This document shows positions 53,415 to 61,997 of a stretch of 64,000 nucleotides of DNA, one piece after another. A program made the position numbers and the translations under genes. Each line of letters starts with the position of its first letter. Position 1 is the stretch's first letter. This stretch comes from an uncultured delta proteobacterium (GTDB lineage Bacteria > Myxococcota_A > UBA9160 > SMWR01). The stretch is taken from the NCBI GenBank assembly GCA_963832165.1, contig CAWHTE010000002.1, positions 416,001 through 480,000 of the forward strand, in the 5' to 3' direction. Under the pieces are notes generated by a model. That model worked only from the letters and a program-made list of their open reading frames with translations. It made no database searches and was not told where the DNA came from.

Positions 53415-53561
53415 GTCTAACGCCAGAACTCATCGCCGGCGCCGGCCCGAACCGCAGGCGATACCAGAGCTTCGCTCGTGGTATACGTCTCCTCATCCCT
53501 GTTACACACTTGCCCGCTGTGTGCGGTGCTTTAGATAGGTCTGTCGAATTACAAGTTAGGG
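53415..53561 (+). other. Putative long attC site (imperfect arms)
   Basis: GTCTAAC at 53415 and GTTAGGG at 53555; L-box pairing is weak. Confidence 0.55.
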
Positions 53562-53617
53562 GGCACCAACCCTTGATTCTCAAGGAGAAATAGTATCTAT
53601 CATTCGGAGGCTGTCAC

Positions 53618-54133
53618 ATGAAGTTTCCGTTCGACGAAGTGAACATGCACGATACGGAGCATGCTGACTGGGTAAGGTCGCAGCGCGATCCGGAGCTGTG
53701 GCATGCCGCCGCGATCGCCGTGGTCAACTATCTCGGGGATCCTCACGGCTTTCTAGTCTGGCTCGCTGATCAGCGTGAAACGGATCGCGCGACCGCTGGA
53801 TACTTCTTTTTCGGAGTACAGGGGTCTGACTATCTGCGCGGGCAAAAGGACTTCCTGGGCGAAGGATTGTCCAGCGGGCAGTGGCTGGCCGCCATGGAAG
53901 CCATCTGCCGAAGAGCGGCGACCACCGGCTTCGCCAATGATTCACTCGGCCTTCATCCCGGGTTTGAGGCGACGAGACAAATGTGCCTCGATGTTGTCAA
54001 CCGCGGTCAGGTCGCGGAAGGCATTACCGTTCCGAGCGCGCTCCTCGACAGGCCGTTTCCTCCTGAGAAGAAGCTCCAGTATTTCGTCGAAGACGGAACG
54101 CTGTTGGATCACAACCCCGGCCCATTCTTGTGA
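53618..54133 (+). CDS. Cassette gene: hypothetical protein, DUF4274-like
   Basis: GGAGG RBS; PELWH..WLADQRETDRATA..FF pattern. Confidence 0.65.
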   Translation: MKFPFDEVNMHDTEHADWVRSQRDPELWHAAAIAVVNYLGDPHGFLVWLADQRETDRATAGYFFFGVQGSDYLRGQKDFLGEGLSSGQWLAAMEAICRRAATTGFANDSLGLHPGFEATRQMCLDVVNRGQVAEGITVPSALLDRPFPPEKKLQYFVEDGTLLDHNPGPFL

Positions 54134-54147
54134 GGTAGGCTGCGCGC

Positions 54148-54786
54148 ATGCTCAAGGTGTACGGCTTTGCTCGAGTGAACAAGGGAGCGCGTGGCAAAAC
54201 TCGCGACTTGCGTGTCCTGTGGACGCTCGAAGAGATCGGACTGCCCCACGAGATCGTCGGGATGGACCACCCCAACCACGATCTCGATTCACCTGCGTAC
54301 CGCGCGCTGAATCCGTTTGGTCAGATTCCGGTGATCGATGACGATGGCGTCGTGGTCTCCGAGTCCGGCGCGATATTGCTCTACCTTGCGCGCAAGAGCG
54401 GCAAGCTGATGCCCCACGATCTCGCGGGGGAGGTACAGGTGCTTCGCTGGTCCTTCACCGCGCTGAACACCATCGAGCTGCCGGTGCTATCGCTGTGGTT
54501 TGTCAACTTGAACGGTGGCAAGAACAGCAAGCCCAGCGAGGCGTTGCATGACTGGGCCAAGATGCGCTTGAAGCAACTCGATGGTTGGCTCGCAAATCGA
54601 CAGTTCATCGCGACCGAGGACTTTACTGTCGCTGATGTCCTCATGACGCACGTGCTGGACGCTGGAACCAATCAGGAGATGCTGAAGCCGTACTCGAACC
54701 TCCTCGCTTACCGCGCGCGTTGCACCGAGCGACCAGCATGGAAGAAGACGGTCGACGCGTACTGCGAGCGAGTCGAAGCCGCCTGA
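54148..54786 (+). CDS. Cassette gene: glutathione S-transferase
   Basis: RVLWTLEE, LNPFGQIP, ESGAILLYLA, FTVADVL. Confidence 0.9.
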   Translation: MLKVYGFARVNKGARGKTRDLRVLWTLEEIGLPHEIVGMDHPNHDLDSPAYRALNPFGQIPVIDDDGVVVSESGAILLYLARKSGKLMPHDLAGEVQVLRWSFTALNTIELPVLSLWFVNLNGGKNSKPSEALHDWAKMRLKQLDGWLANRQFIATEDFTVADVLMTHVLDAGTNQEMLKPYSNLLAYRARCTERPAWKKTVDAYCERVEAA

Positions 54787-54805
54787 CCTGAACGAGGGGC
54801 GCGCC

Positions 54806-54870
54806 GTCTACCCTGCTGATGAACCTGACGGGCGCTTCGCGCCTCGCAGGTTATCGGCTAAACGTTGAGC
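54806..54870 (+). other. attC recombination site (65 bp)
   Basis: R'' GTCTACC, L'' GAT(G)AACC pairs with L' GGTTATC, TG(A)CG/CGCA, GGCGC-ttc-GCGCC loop, R' GTTGAGC. Confidence 0.88.
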
Positions 54871-54891
54871 GGGGCGAAGAGACGAAGTGCT

Positions 54892-55689
54892 ATGGCCGGG
54901 CTCAGTGACAAGTGGGCAGCCGGCGCGACCTACGAAGACTTCATGGGTCGGTGGAGCCGTCTACTTGCACCCCAGTTCGTGTCGTGGTTGCGGGTCCGCC
55001 CGACTGCCCACTGGCTGGACGTCGGGTGTGGTACTGGTGCACTCAGCGACGCGATCTGTGCCGGTGCACGCCCTGCCTCCGTAGTGGCATGCGACCCTTC
55101 TGAGTCCTTCGTCGAGTACGCTCGTCAGCATCAGGTCGATCGGCGCATCTCCTTCGTCGTCGCCGGTGCCGGTGACCTTCCAACCCGCTCCGGCGGCTTC
55201 GACAGCGTTGCTTCCGCTCTCGCCTTGAACTTCTTCCCAGAGCCCGAAGTGGCCATCGAAGAAATGCGCCGCATCGCTGCCACGGATGGCCTCGTGTCGG
55301 CGTGCGTGTGGGACTACGCGGGTCGGATGGAATTCTTGCGGCGCTTCTGGGATTCTGCTGCAGCCTTGGATCCCAACGCGACCGAGCTGGACGAAGGCCG
55401 CCGCTTCCCGATCTGCCGACCCGATACGCTCACGTCGCTGTTTCGCGGGGGCGGTCTCAGCGATGTTGTCTGCGAATCAATCGAGATCACCACCCGATTC
55501 TCCACATTCGCCGAGTTCTGGACTCCATTCCTGGGTGGCACCGGTCCTGCGCCTTCCTACGTTGCGAGTCTCGAATCCCGTCAACGCGAGTCATTGGCGC
55601 AACATCTCGACCGCTCGCTTTCTCGGGAGCCGGACGGCGCGATCTGCCTCGTTGCCAATGCGTGGGTTGTACGTGGAATCTCGCGCTAG
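54892..55689 (+). CDS. Cassette gene: class I SAM-dependent methyltransferase
   Basis: YEDFMGRWS, WLDVGCGTG, LALNF, VWDY. Confidence 0.9.
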   Translation: MAGLSDKWAAGATYEDFMGRWSRLLAPQFVSWLRVRPTAHWLDVGCGTGALSDAICAGARPASVVACDPSESFVEYARQHQVDRRISFVVAGAGDLPTRSGGFDSVASALALNFFPEPEVAIEEMRRIAATDGLVSACVWDYAGRMEFLRRFWDSAAALDPNATELDEGRRFPICRPDTLTSLFRGGGLSDVVCESIEITTRFSTFAEFWTPFLGGTGPAPSYVASLESRQRESLAQHLDRSLSREPDGAICLVANAWVVRGISR

Positions 55690-55699
55690 CAGGCGCGCC

Positions 55700-55809
55700 G
55701 CCCAACGCTGAAGCTGCCGGGCGCGGGCTTCGGTCGCGCGGGCGCCCTTGCTCGACACAGGCCGTGGTAGCATCGCGCGCGGCCGCAGCTTCGCGGCCAT
55801 CCGTTAGAC
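55700..55809 (+). other. attC recombination site (110 bp, R''-L'' spacer missing)
   Basis: R'' GCCCAAC, GC(T)GAAGCTGC pairs with GCAGCTTCGC, R' GTTAGAC. Confidence 0.8.
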
Positions 55810-55893
55810 GGCGGCGGGATGCTGAAGGTCGGTCCTACGCGGTTGCCGCGATCGATCCTCCGCGAACACCTGCAACCGGAACGGAGGTAGAGC

Positions 55894-56679
55894 ATGTCGT
55901 GTTCCGCGAAGGTCCACGGCCTTGCGAAAGATCGGATCGGTTCGTTCACCTTGGTGCTGACCCTCGGGCTGGCGATGGCCACCTCGGCTTCGGCGCTGAC
56001 GCTCGGCTACGGCGACTACCGGAACGGTTCGATCGAGTTCAACAACATCATGGAGACGGCGAGCAGCCCCGACCCGCCGCTCTTCGTGCGCGATGGCAGC
56101 ATCACGCTCTCCGGCACCACGCTCGCGTTCGTCGCCGACGACTACTTCAGGGTCGAGACGACAGGCGGCGAGGCGGTCGACAGCCGTTTGTCCCTCGACA
56201 TCGAGGTCCCGACGGGCAGCATCCTCCGGATCCTCGGGATCCAGATCATCGAGAGGGGCGACTACAACCTCTCCGGAGACGGTGAGGTCGGGGTCGTCAC
56301 CAACCTGGAATTGGTCGTCACGGAGATCGACTTCGTGGCCAACCTGAACGCGCCGCCGCAGCAGTTCGCGATGACCTTCGACGGCGGCTGCGCGGGCAAC
56401 GGGCGCTGGGCCGCCAGCTGTGGCGACACCGCGGGTTCGTGGTTGGGGACGCTCGACGTCGACGTGGACGCCATCGCTACTGGCGTGACGAGAACCCAGA
56501 TCTTCGCCGTCGACAACGAGCTCGACGCGGTCTCGTTCGATGGAGGCACCAACGACATCAACAAGAAGCAGTTCGAGATCCGCGTGATCCTGACGCCCGA
56601 GCCGGGCACCTTCGGCCTGCTTGCGCTCGGTCTCGCAGGGCTCGCGATCCGGCGTCGGATCTCAAGCGCGATCCGTTAG
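55894..56679 (+). CDS. PEP-CTERM sorting-domain surface protein
   Basis: GGAGG RBS, signal peptide, C-terminal TPEPGTFGLLALGLAGLAIRRR. Confidence 0.88.
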   Translation: MSCSAKVHGLAKDRIGSFTLVLTLGLAMATSASALTLGYGDYRNGSIEFNNIMETASSPDPPLFVRDGSITLSGTTLAFVADDYFRVETTGGEAVDSRLSLDIEVPTGSILRILGIQIIERGDYNLSGDGEVGVVTNLELVVTEIDFVANLNAPPQQFAMTFDGGCAGNGRWAASCGDTAGSWLGTLDVDVDAIATGVTRTQIFAVDNELDAVSFDGGTNDINKKQFEIRVILTPEPGTFGLLALGLAGLAIRRRISSAIR

Positions 56680-56689
56680 GCGACGCTCG

Positions 56690-57139
56690 ATGAGTCGGAA
56701 TCTACTACTCGAAAAGGTCAGATGCGTCGCAGCAGTCGTCGTAACGGTCGGCCTGGCTTCATGCACAAGCGTAAGAGTGGAGCCGTTACCCACCTCGGTC
56801 TCTCCCGACAGAGTCTGCATCTGGACAAACCCCAAAGTCCAGGTCGAGGACTTCGTTACGGTACTCCGCGATGGATTTTCCCGACACGGAATCCCCAGCG
56901 AGGTGCATTCGGAAGAGCCGTATGAGCGTTGCACCTTCGTAGTGACCTATACAGCGCTTCGTTCATGGGACCTCGCTCCGTTTCTCTCTCACGCGGAGAT
57001 CTTCTTGGAGCGGGATCGCCAGATCGTGGCAAGGGCAGAATTTCACCTCCGCGGTAAAGGTGGGTATTCCTTTTACAAGTACCAAGGGACCAGAGAGAAG
57101 ATTGATCCCGTTATCGATAGACTCTTAGCCGGCCACTAG
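56690..57139 (+). CDS. Cassette gene: Sbal_3080-like lipoprotein
   Basis: Lipobox LASC; VCI..NPKV, YTALRSWD, HLRGKGG, KIDPVIDRLL. Confidence 0.75.
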   Translation: MSRNLLLEKVRCVAAVVVTVGLASCTSVRVEPLPTSVSPDRVCIWTNPKVQVEDFVTVLRDGFSRHGIPSEVHSEEPYERCTFVVTYTALRSWDLAPFLSHAEIFLERDRQIVARAEFHLRGKGGYSFYKYQGTREKIDPVIDRLLAGH

Positions 57140-57203
57140 AGCGCCGCCTAACAAGGTGCCGCAGCTGACCGGCCCGCGCATTCCCGGAATCTGGTAAAGC
57201 ACA

Positions 57204-57758
57204 GTGAAGGCCCCGGACGAAATCGAGACTACGCGCCTGGTGCTGGTTCGGCCCCAAGCTGAGGATGCGGCCGCGATCTTCGACCGATATGCGAGCGATC
57301 CGGACGTCACTCGATTTCTCGGCTGGCCGCGCCATCGGGCGGTCGCCGACACCGAGGTGTTCCTGACGTTCAGCGCCGAACACTGGAACCTATGGCCGGG
57401 TGGTCCCTATCTCATTCGATCGCGCACCAACGGAGAGCTGATCGGCGGCACCGGGTTCAGTTTCGATGCCGCAGGCCAGGCGAGCACGGGCTATGTGTTG
57501 GCGAAGGACGCCTGGGGCCACGGATACGCAACAGAAGCGCTGGGAGCCATCGTTGACGTGGCGGGCCGTATCGGCATCGCCAGGTTGTATGCCCTCTGTC
57601 ATCCCCAGCACCGACCTTCTTGGCGAGTCCTCGAAAAGTGTGGGTTCGCTCGGGAACCTGACTGGACTCAGCAAACGGAGTTTCCCAATCTCGCGCCGGG
57701 GGTTCTGCAAGATGTACTCTGCTATGCACGATTCCTCGAACCGAGACACGCGGACTAA
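57204..57758 (+). CDS. Cassette gene: RimJ/RimL-type GNAT acetyltransferase
   Basis: IETTRLVL, SDPDVTRF, WGHGYATEAL, SWRVLEKCGF. Confidence 0.9.
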   Translation: MKAPDEIETTRLVLVRPQAEDAAAIFDRYASDPDVTRFLGWPRHRAVADTEVFLTFSAEHWNLWPGGPYLIRSRTNGELIGGTGFSFDAAGQASTGYVLAKDAWGHGYATEALGAIVDVAGRIGIARLYALCHPQHRPSWRVLEKCGFAREPDWTQQTEFPNLAPGVLQDVLCYARFLEPRHAD

Positions 57759-57833
57759 CCAGGCGATGGACCAGACGCCGCGTCGGGTCGCTCTCGCGTC
57801 CCTCCCGGCGCTGGGCATCGCCGGTCGTTAGAC
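57753..57833 (+). other. attC recombination site (81 bp)
   Basis: R'' GACTAAC containing the stop codon, GATGGACCAG(A)CGCCG pairs with CGGCGCTGGGCATC, R' GTTAGAC. Confidence 0.82.
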
Positions 57834-57857
57834 GGCCCGAATCTACCGAGGAGACGA

Positions 57858-58370
57858 GTGTTGCAAGGTGCGAGTACTCTCGAACTTCTTGCTCAGCTTG
57901 CGACCACCATTCTCGGATTCAGCGGCGTGGTGGCCGTCCTTGGCCGCCGAGTTTCGGGCGACTGGATCGAACTCGATCGAAGACGCTTCCATCAGATGGT
58001 CCACGCTGCGGTTCTCGCACTACTCCTGTCGCTTCTGCCCCTCGTGATGCACAGTGCAGGACTCGACGAGTCGATGATTTGGGCCTGGTCTAGCGGCATT
58101 GGAGGCGCCCTCTGCGTTCTTGTCTTCGCACGCGTGCTCAGAGGCTGGGTGTCGGTGTCGTCCAATTCGGCGGTCAGCAAGCCAACGTTCGCCTACGTTG
58201 GCTTGGCGGCGGTGGGTGCCCCGGCTTTGCTCGGTCTCAATGCCGTTGGTGTCTTGCTCGACCGAACATTGACTCCGTATCTCTTGTCGTGCCTTCTCGT
58301 GTTGGGAATGTCGATCGTTTTGTTCCTTCGCCTCCTCGAAGCCGAAATCGTGGAACGGCGGGCCGTCTAG
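57858..58370 (+). CDS. Cassette gene: small multi-pass membrane protein
   Basis: GAGGAG RBS; LAQLATTILGFSGVVAVL plus about five TM segments. Confidence 0.75.
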   Translation: MLQGASTLELLAQLATTILGFSGVVAVLGRRVSGDWIELDRRRFHQMVHAAVLALLLSLLPLVMHSAGLDESMIWAWSSGIGGALCVLVFARVLRGWVSVSSNSAVSKPTFAYVGLAAVGAPALLGLNAVGVLLDRTLTPYLLSCLLVLGMSIVLFLRLLEAEIVERRAV

Positions 58371-58479
58371 GCGACGGGTTGAGTTGAATGCGGAATCGGT
58401 CAGCGGCTGCCGTACGTCAGATGCCCTGCGTAGCGGGCCAGCCGTAATCGAGTGCCGAAGACCGGGGGAGCGGCTGCGG

Positions 58480-58908
58480 TCAGACCAGCCGCGTCACCCC
58501 TGGCAGCTCTTCGAGGTCTTTCCCGAAGCCACCATCAGACGTCTGAGCGCGCAACGTCAGATACCCGTGCTCGCCCGCGATTCGATCTCCATCGAAATGC
58601 ACCACGAGGATCCAGCCCCGATGCAGGGGATAGGCATCCGAATACTCGATCAAACAATGCGACTCTCCCCAACGCGTGACACTCGGGTCGTCAAGAGCCC
58701 GAAGAATCTCCTCCGTGTATGCCGCCGGCATCACCTTCAGGGCCCGCGCATACATGGCACGCACTGCCTCACGCCCCTCGAGGCGGTAGTTCGGGATCAG
58801 CCAGACCGGATGATTCGATAACGGAGCCATCGTCGCGTCGAGATCACCAGCAAGTTCCCCGAGGACATGAGCCCTGAGCCCCTCTCTCGCTGCATCCGAC
58901 ACCATCAT
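58480..58908 (-). CDS. SnoaL/NTF2-like protein, inverted relative to the array
   Basis: HVLGE..GDLDATMA, LEGREAVRAMY, FDGDRIAGE; own -10 TAAGAT at 58912-58917. Confidence 0.72.
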   Translation of the reverse strand: MMVSDAAREGLRAHVLGELAGDLDATMAPLSNHPVWLIPNYRLEGREAVRAMYARALKVMPAAYTEEILRALDDPSVTRWGESHCLIEYSDAYPLHRGWILVVHFDGDRIAGEHGYLTLRAQTSDGGFGKDLEELPGVTRLV

Positions 58909-59148
58909 TCAATCTTACCCCGGAACCCCAGCTTCGCGCTGTCAGAACCTCCCAGCGGCGCGGAGGGTCCGCGGCTTGGGGACCGCGTGTATGCTGGGGC
59001 TCGAACTCCGGAGGGATCTGCCGACCTAGCAACGCCTGTGGACACCACTCCCCTGGAGAGCTGCAAGGCAGCTCGGTGACGTTGCGGAAGGTTCCCGCGC
59101 CCGTCAGCTGAGCGCCGATCCGTTAGACAGAAAGAGTCCCGCGCGAGC

Positions 59149-59649
59149 ATGATGAACGCCGACGAAGCGACCATCCGCGGCGCCCGCTTCGATGACTACG
59201 CTCAGGCGTGCCGCCTGAGCGACGCCGTCGACGAACTCCATCGTGAGCATTTTCCTTGGATGTTCAAGACGCCTGACGTCCAGCCTCGATCGGAAGCCTA
59301 CTTTTCGGACCTCCTACACCGCGAAGACTCCGCAGTCTTCGTGGCCGATGCTGGTCGCGTTGTCGGCGTCGCTTTCGGTTTTCTTCGATCGGCTCCGGAA
59401 TTCCCCGTATTCCGTCAACAGCGTTGGGGCGTCCTCGATGGACTCGTCGTCGACCCGAAATGGCGGCGCCGTGGAATTGGTACGCGGCTGACTCACGCCG
59501 TGGAGGAGTGGGCACTCGAATCGGGAGCACCGTGGATTGAGCTCAACGTCTACGAGTTCAACACTGAAGCGCGGCGGTTCTGCGAGGCGCTCGGTTACCT
59601 GCCAGTCTCCACGAAACTGCGAAAGCCGGGCCGGTCTGGAGACGCCTAA
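59149..59649 (+). CDS. Cassette gene: GNAT acetyltransferase
   Basis: LVVDPKWRRRGIGTRL, LNVYEFN..ARRF; preceded by GTTAGAC (59122), stop codon within GCCTAAC (59644). Confidence 0.9.
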   Translation: MMNADEATIRGARFDDYAQACRLSDAVDELHREHFPWMFKTPDVQPRSEAYFSDLLHREDSAVFVADAGRVVGVAFGFLRSAPEFPVFRQQRWGVLDGLVVDPKWRRRGIGTRLTHAVEEWALESGAPWIELNVYEFNTEARRFCEALGYLPVSTKLRKPGRSGDA

Positions 59650-59650
59650 C

Positions 59651-60460
59651 ATGACGTTGCAGCAACCCGTCCATGTGAAGCACTACGGCCTCGACGGTCG
59701 CTCGGTGGTAGTCGTTCACGGCGGACCGGGTGCGCCAGGGGGCGCCAGCCTGCTCGCTCGAGCGCTGGCGGATCCCCTCCATGTGCTGGAGCCGTGGCAG
59801 CGGATGAGTTCCGACATTCCCCTCTCCGTGGCACAGCACATCGAAGACCTTGCGAACGTGATCTCGCAGGAGATTCCGGGCGAGAGTCCGGCTCTGGTCG
59901 GAGAGTCATGGGGAGCCATGCTGGCTCTTGCCTTTGCGTGCGCGTATCCAGATCGCGTTTGCGCGCTTGCCTTGGTCGGCTGTGGAACCTTCGACTCGAA
60001 GGCACGTGCGCGCCTCGAGTCGACACTCGAAGAACGCACGACGGAGGAGCTTCGAGAGCAGCTAGTCGAGCTCGCCACTCGCGTGCGAGACGAGAATGAG
60101 CGCACAGCATTGGCGCATGCGCTAAGCGATCGCCTCTACACCTATAGCCGCGCAGTCGAAGAGCCCATCGGAAGGTTCGATCTGAGGGGTCACACCGAAA
60201 CCTGGAGCGACATGATTCGCCTTCAGCAAGGCGGCGTGTATCCCGCCGCTTTCACGACGATTACCTGCCCGGTGCTGATGCTTCACGGTTCCTACGATCC
60301 ACATCCCGGCGAGTTGATCCGAGATGGCTTGCTGAAGTTCATTCCTCATCTCGAGTACACGGAGCTCGACCGGTGTGGGCACTCGCCTTGGATCGAGGAA
60401 CACGCTCGTGATCGCTTTCTGTCGATTCTGCGATCATGGCTCCAGCGACATCTCCGGTAA
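59651..60460 (+). CDS. Cassette gene: alpha/beta hydrolase (start 59651 or GTG 59675)
   Basis: VHGGPG, GESWGAMLA, MLHGSYD, CGHSPW. Confidence 0.87.
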   Translation: MTLQQPVHVKHYGLDGRSVVVVHGGPGAPGGASLLARALADPLHVLEPWQRMSSDIPLSVAQHIEDLANVISQEIPGESPALVGESWGAMLALAFACAYPDRVCALALVGCGTFDSKARARLESTLEERTTEELREQLVELATRVRDENERTALAHALSDRLYTYSRAVEEPIGRFDLRGHTETWSDMIRLQQGGVYPAAFTTITCPVLMLHGSYDPHPGELIRDGLLKFIPHLEYTELDRCGHSPWIEEHARDRFLSILRSWLQRHLR

Positions 60461-60486
60461 CCGCGCATACGCCGCCAAACAACGCC

Positions 60487-61502
60487 CTACGAAGCGAACA
60501 GCGCCTCGCAGCCGCTGCCCGCGAGCACGGAATCGACCACGGCGCGGTCACCGGATGCGAGCGCCGCATAGCCCTCGCGCAGCCACGCAGGCACTTGCCC
60601 TGATACGGGAACGGCTTCTGCACCCACGGCCGGCCGTCGATCTCACACTCCACGGTGTCGGCGCCGCGCGCGAGCGCGTCGGCGTTCGCGAGCAGGAACG
60701 GCGCGTACACGCGGCCGACCTCGCCGAAGAGCGCGCGCAGCGCAGGGGTCGCCGCATCGCGCGCGATCCACGCGTCGGCGCGCGGCTCGAAACCCGAGAG
60801 GTCGTCCACGACGTCGACCCAGGCCGCCACGCGCGGCGCGCGCTCCATCGCGATCGCGCGCGGCGTGGGGTCGAAGCCCGCGAGCTGCGTGAGCTGGCCG
60901 TAGAGTCCGAAGTCGCAGGCCGCCGGCCGCGCGCCGAACACGAACGGCGCCTCGCAGAGGCGCGCGTCGAGCAGCCCGAGCAGGCGCACATAGCTGTCTT
61001 CGATCACGGAAGCCGTCGTCGCGTTCGACCCGACCACGCCGAGCCGCCCGATCTGGCGCTCGGCGAAGGTCTTGCCCGCCGCGCGCGCGGTGTCCTCCGC
61101 CTCGTCGATGCGCTGCCAGCGCGGCAGGATCGCCGCGGCCTGCGCGGCATCGGGCGCGAACGCCCAGCGGTAGTGGAACATCGCCTTGGTGAGCCATTCG
61201 TCGGCGTAGTCCTCGAGCAGCGAGTCGAGGAAGCCGACCACCGGATCCTCGGGAATCACGGAGCGACCCGCGTATTCCGTCTCGAGTCGCCGGATCAGCG
61301 GCGACGAGTCGGTGAGCGCCTCGCGCGCGCCCGGGTAGACGAGCTGCGGCAACAGCGATACGCGCGCGCGCGGCAGCGCGCGCGCCTCGGGCGTGCCCAT
61401 GAGCACCCAGGTGTGAGGGATGCGCCGATAGCGCAGCACCGCGCGCAGCTTGCGGCTGTAGGGCGAGCCGGGCACGCCCATGATGCACAGCCCCGCGTCC
61501 AC
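60487..61502 (-). CDS. Glutathione S-transferase family protein, frameshifted near 60587
   Basis: GSPYSRKLRAVLRY, TDSSPLI, LEDYADEW, HYRW; C-terminus WLREGYAAL..SGCEALFAS* lies in a shifted frame. Confidence 0.8.
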
Positions 61503-61504
61503 TC

Positions 61505-61900
61505 CTACTCCTCGCGCGTCGTCGCGGCGAGCAGCCATTGACCTTCGAGCCCCGCACTGCGGTGCACGCCGAACTTCGCGACGTCGGGGCTCATGGCGAT
61601 CTCGACGAACGCCTTGCGCGACGGGTACTCCACGAGCGCGGCCATGTGGAAGCCGTCCGCGCCGGTTCCGATCACCTGGCTGTCGACGCGGCCGCTCCAG
61701 ATCACGCGACCGCCGTTGGCCGCGACGAAGCGCGTCATCTCGTCGGCATAGCGCTGATACGCCTCTTCGCCCGTGAGCCCGACGTCGGGGTCGGTCGCCC
61801 GCTCCTTGAAGCGCAAGAGGTTGAGCATCACGACGGGCCGATCCTGCGGCCCGGCGAGCAGCGCCTCGATCTGCTCCTTCGCGGGGTACACGGCGATCAT
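61505..61900 (-). CDS. DUF1330-like protein
   Basis: PVVMLNLLRFKE, GEEAYQRY, LVEYPSRKAF, HRSAGL. Confidence 0.82.
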   Translation of the reverse strand: MIAVYPAKEQIEALLAGPQDRPVVMLNLLRFKERATDPDVGLTGEEAYQRYADEMTRFVAANGGRVIWSGRVDSQVIGTGADGFHMAALVEYPSRKAFVEIAMSPDVAKFGVHRSAGLEGQWLLAATTREE

Positions 61901-61944
61901 TTGCTGTTCTCCAGTAGGTTCCCGCACACTGCCACAGCAAGTTT

Positions 61945-61974
61945 CGCGCAGCGAGCCGAAAGGCGAGCGAAGGC
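61945..61974 (+). repeat. Second palindromic repeat family, partial copy 3
   Basis: CGCGCAGCGAGCCGAAAGGCGAGCGAAGGC matches 49317-49345 with one extra A. Confidence 0.65.
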
Positions 61975-61997
61975 CATCGGGCCTGGAGGAACGTGCG

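Noticed and set aside
58384..58821. Plus-strand 145-aa ORF as the cassette gene
   Set aside because: No recognisable motifs; the antisense SnoaL-like ORF has family motifs and its own -10 element
60483..60494. CGCCCTACGAAG matches the REP end at 12973-12984
   Set aside because: Only 12 bp and it overlaps the GST stop codon; cannot be distinguished from chance
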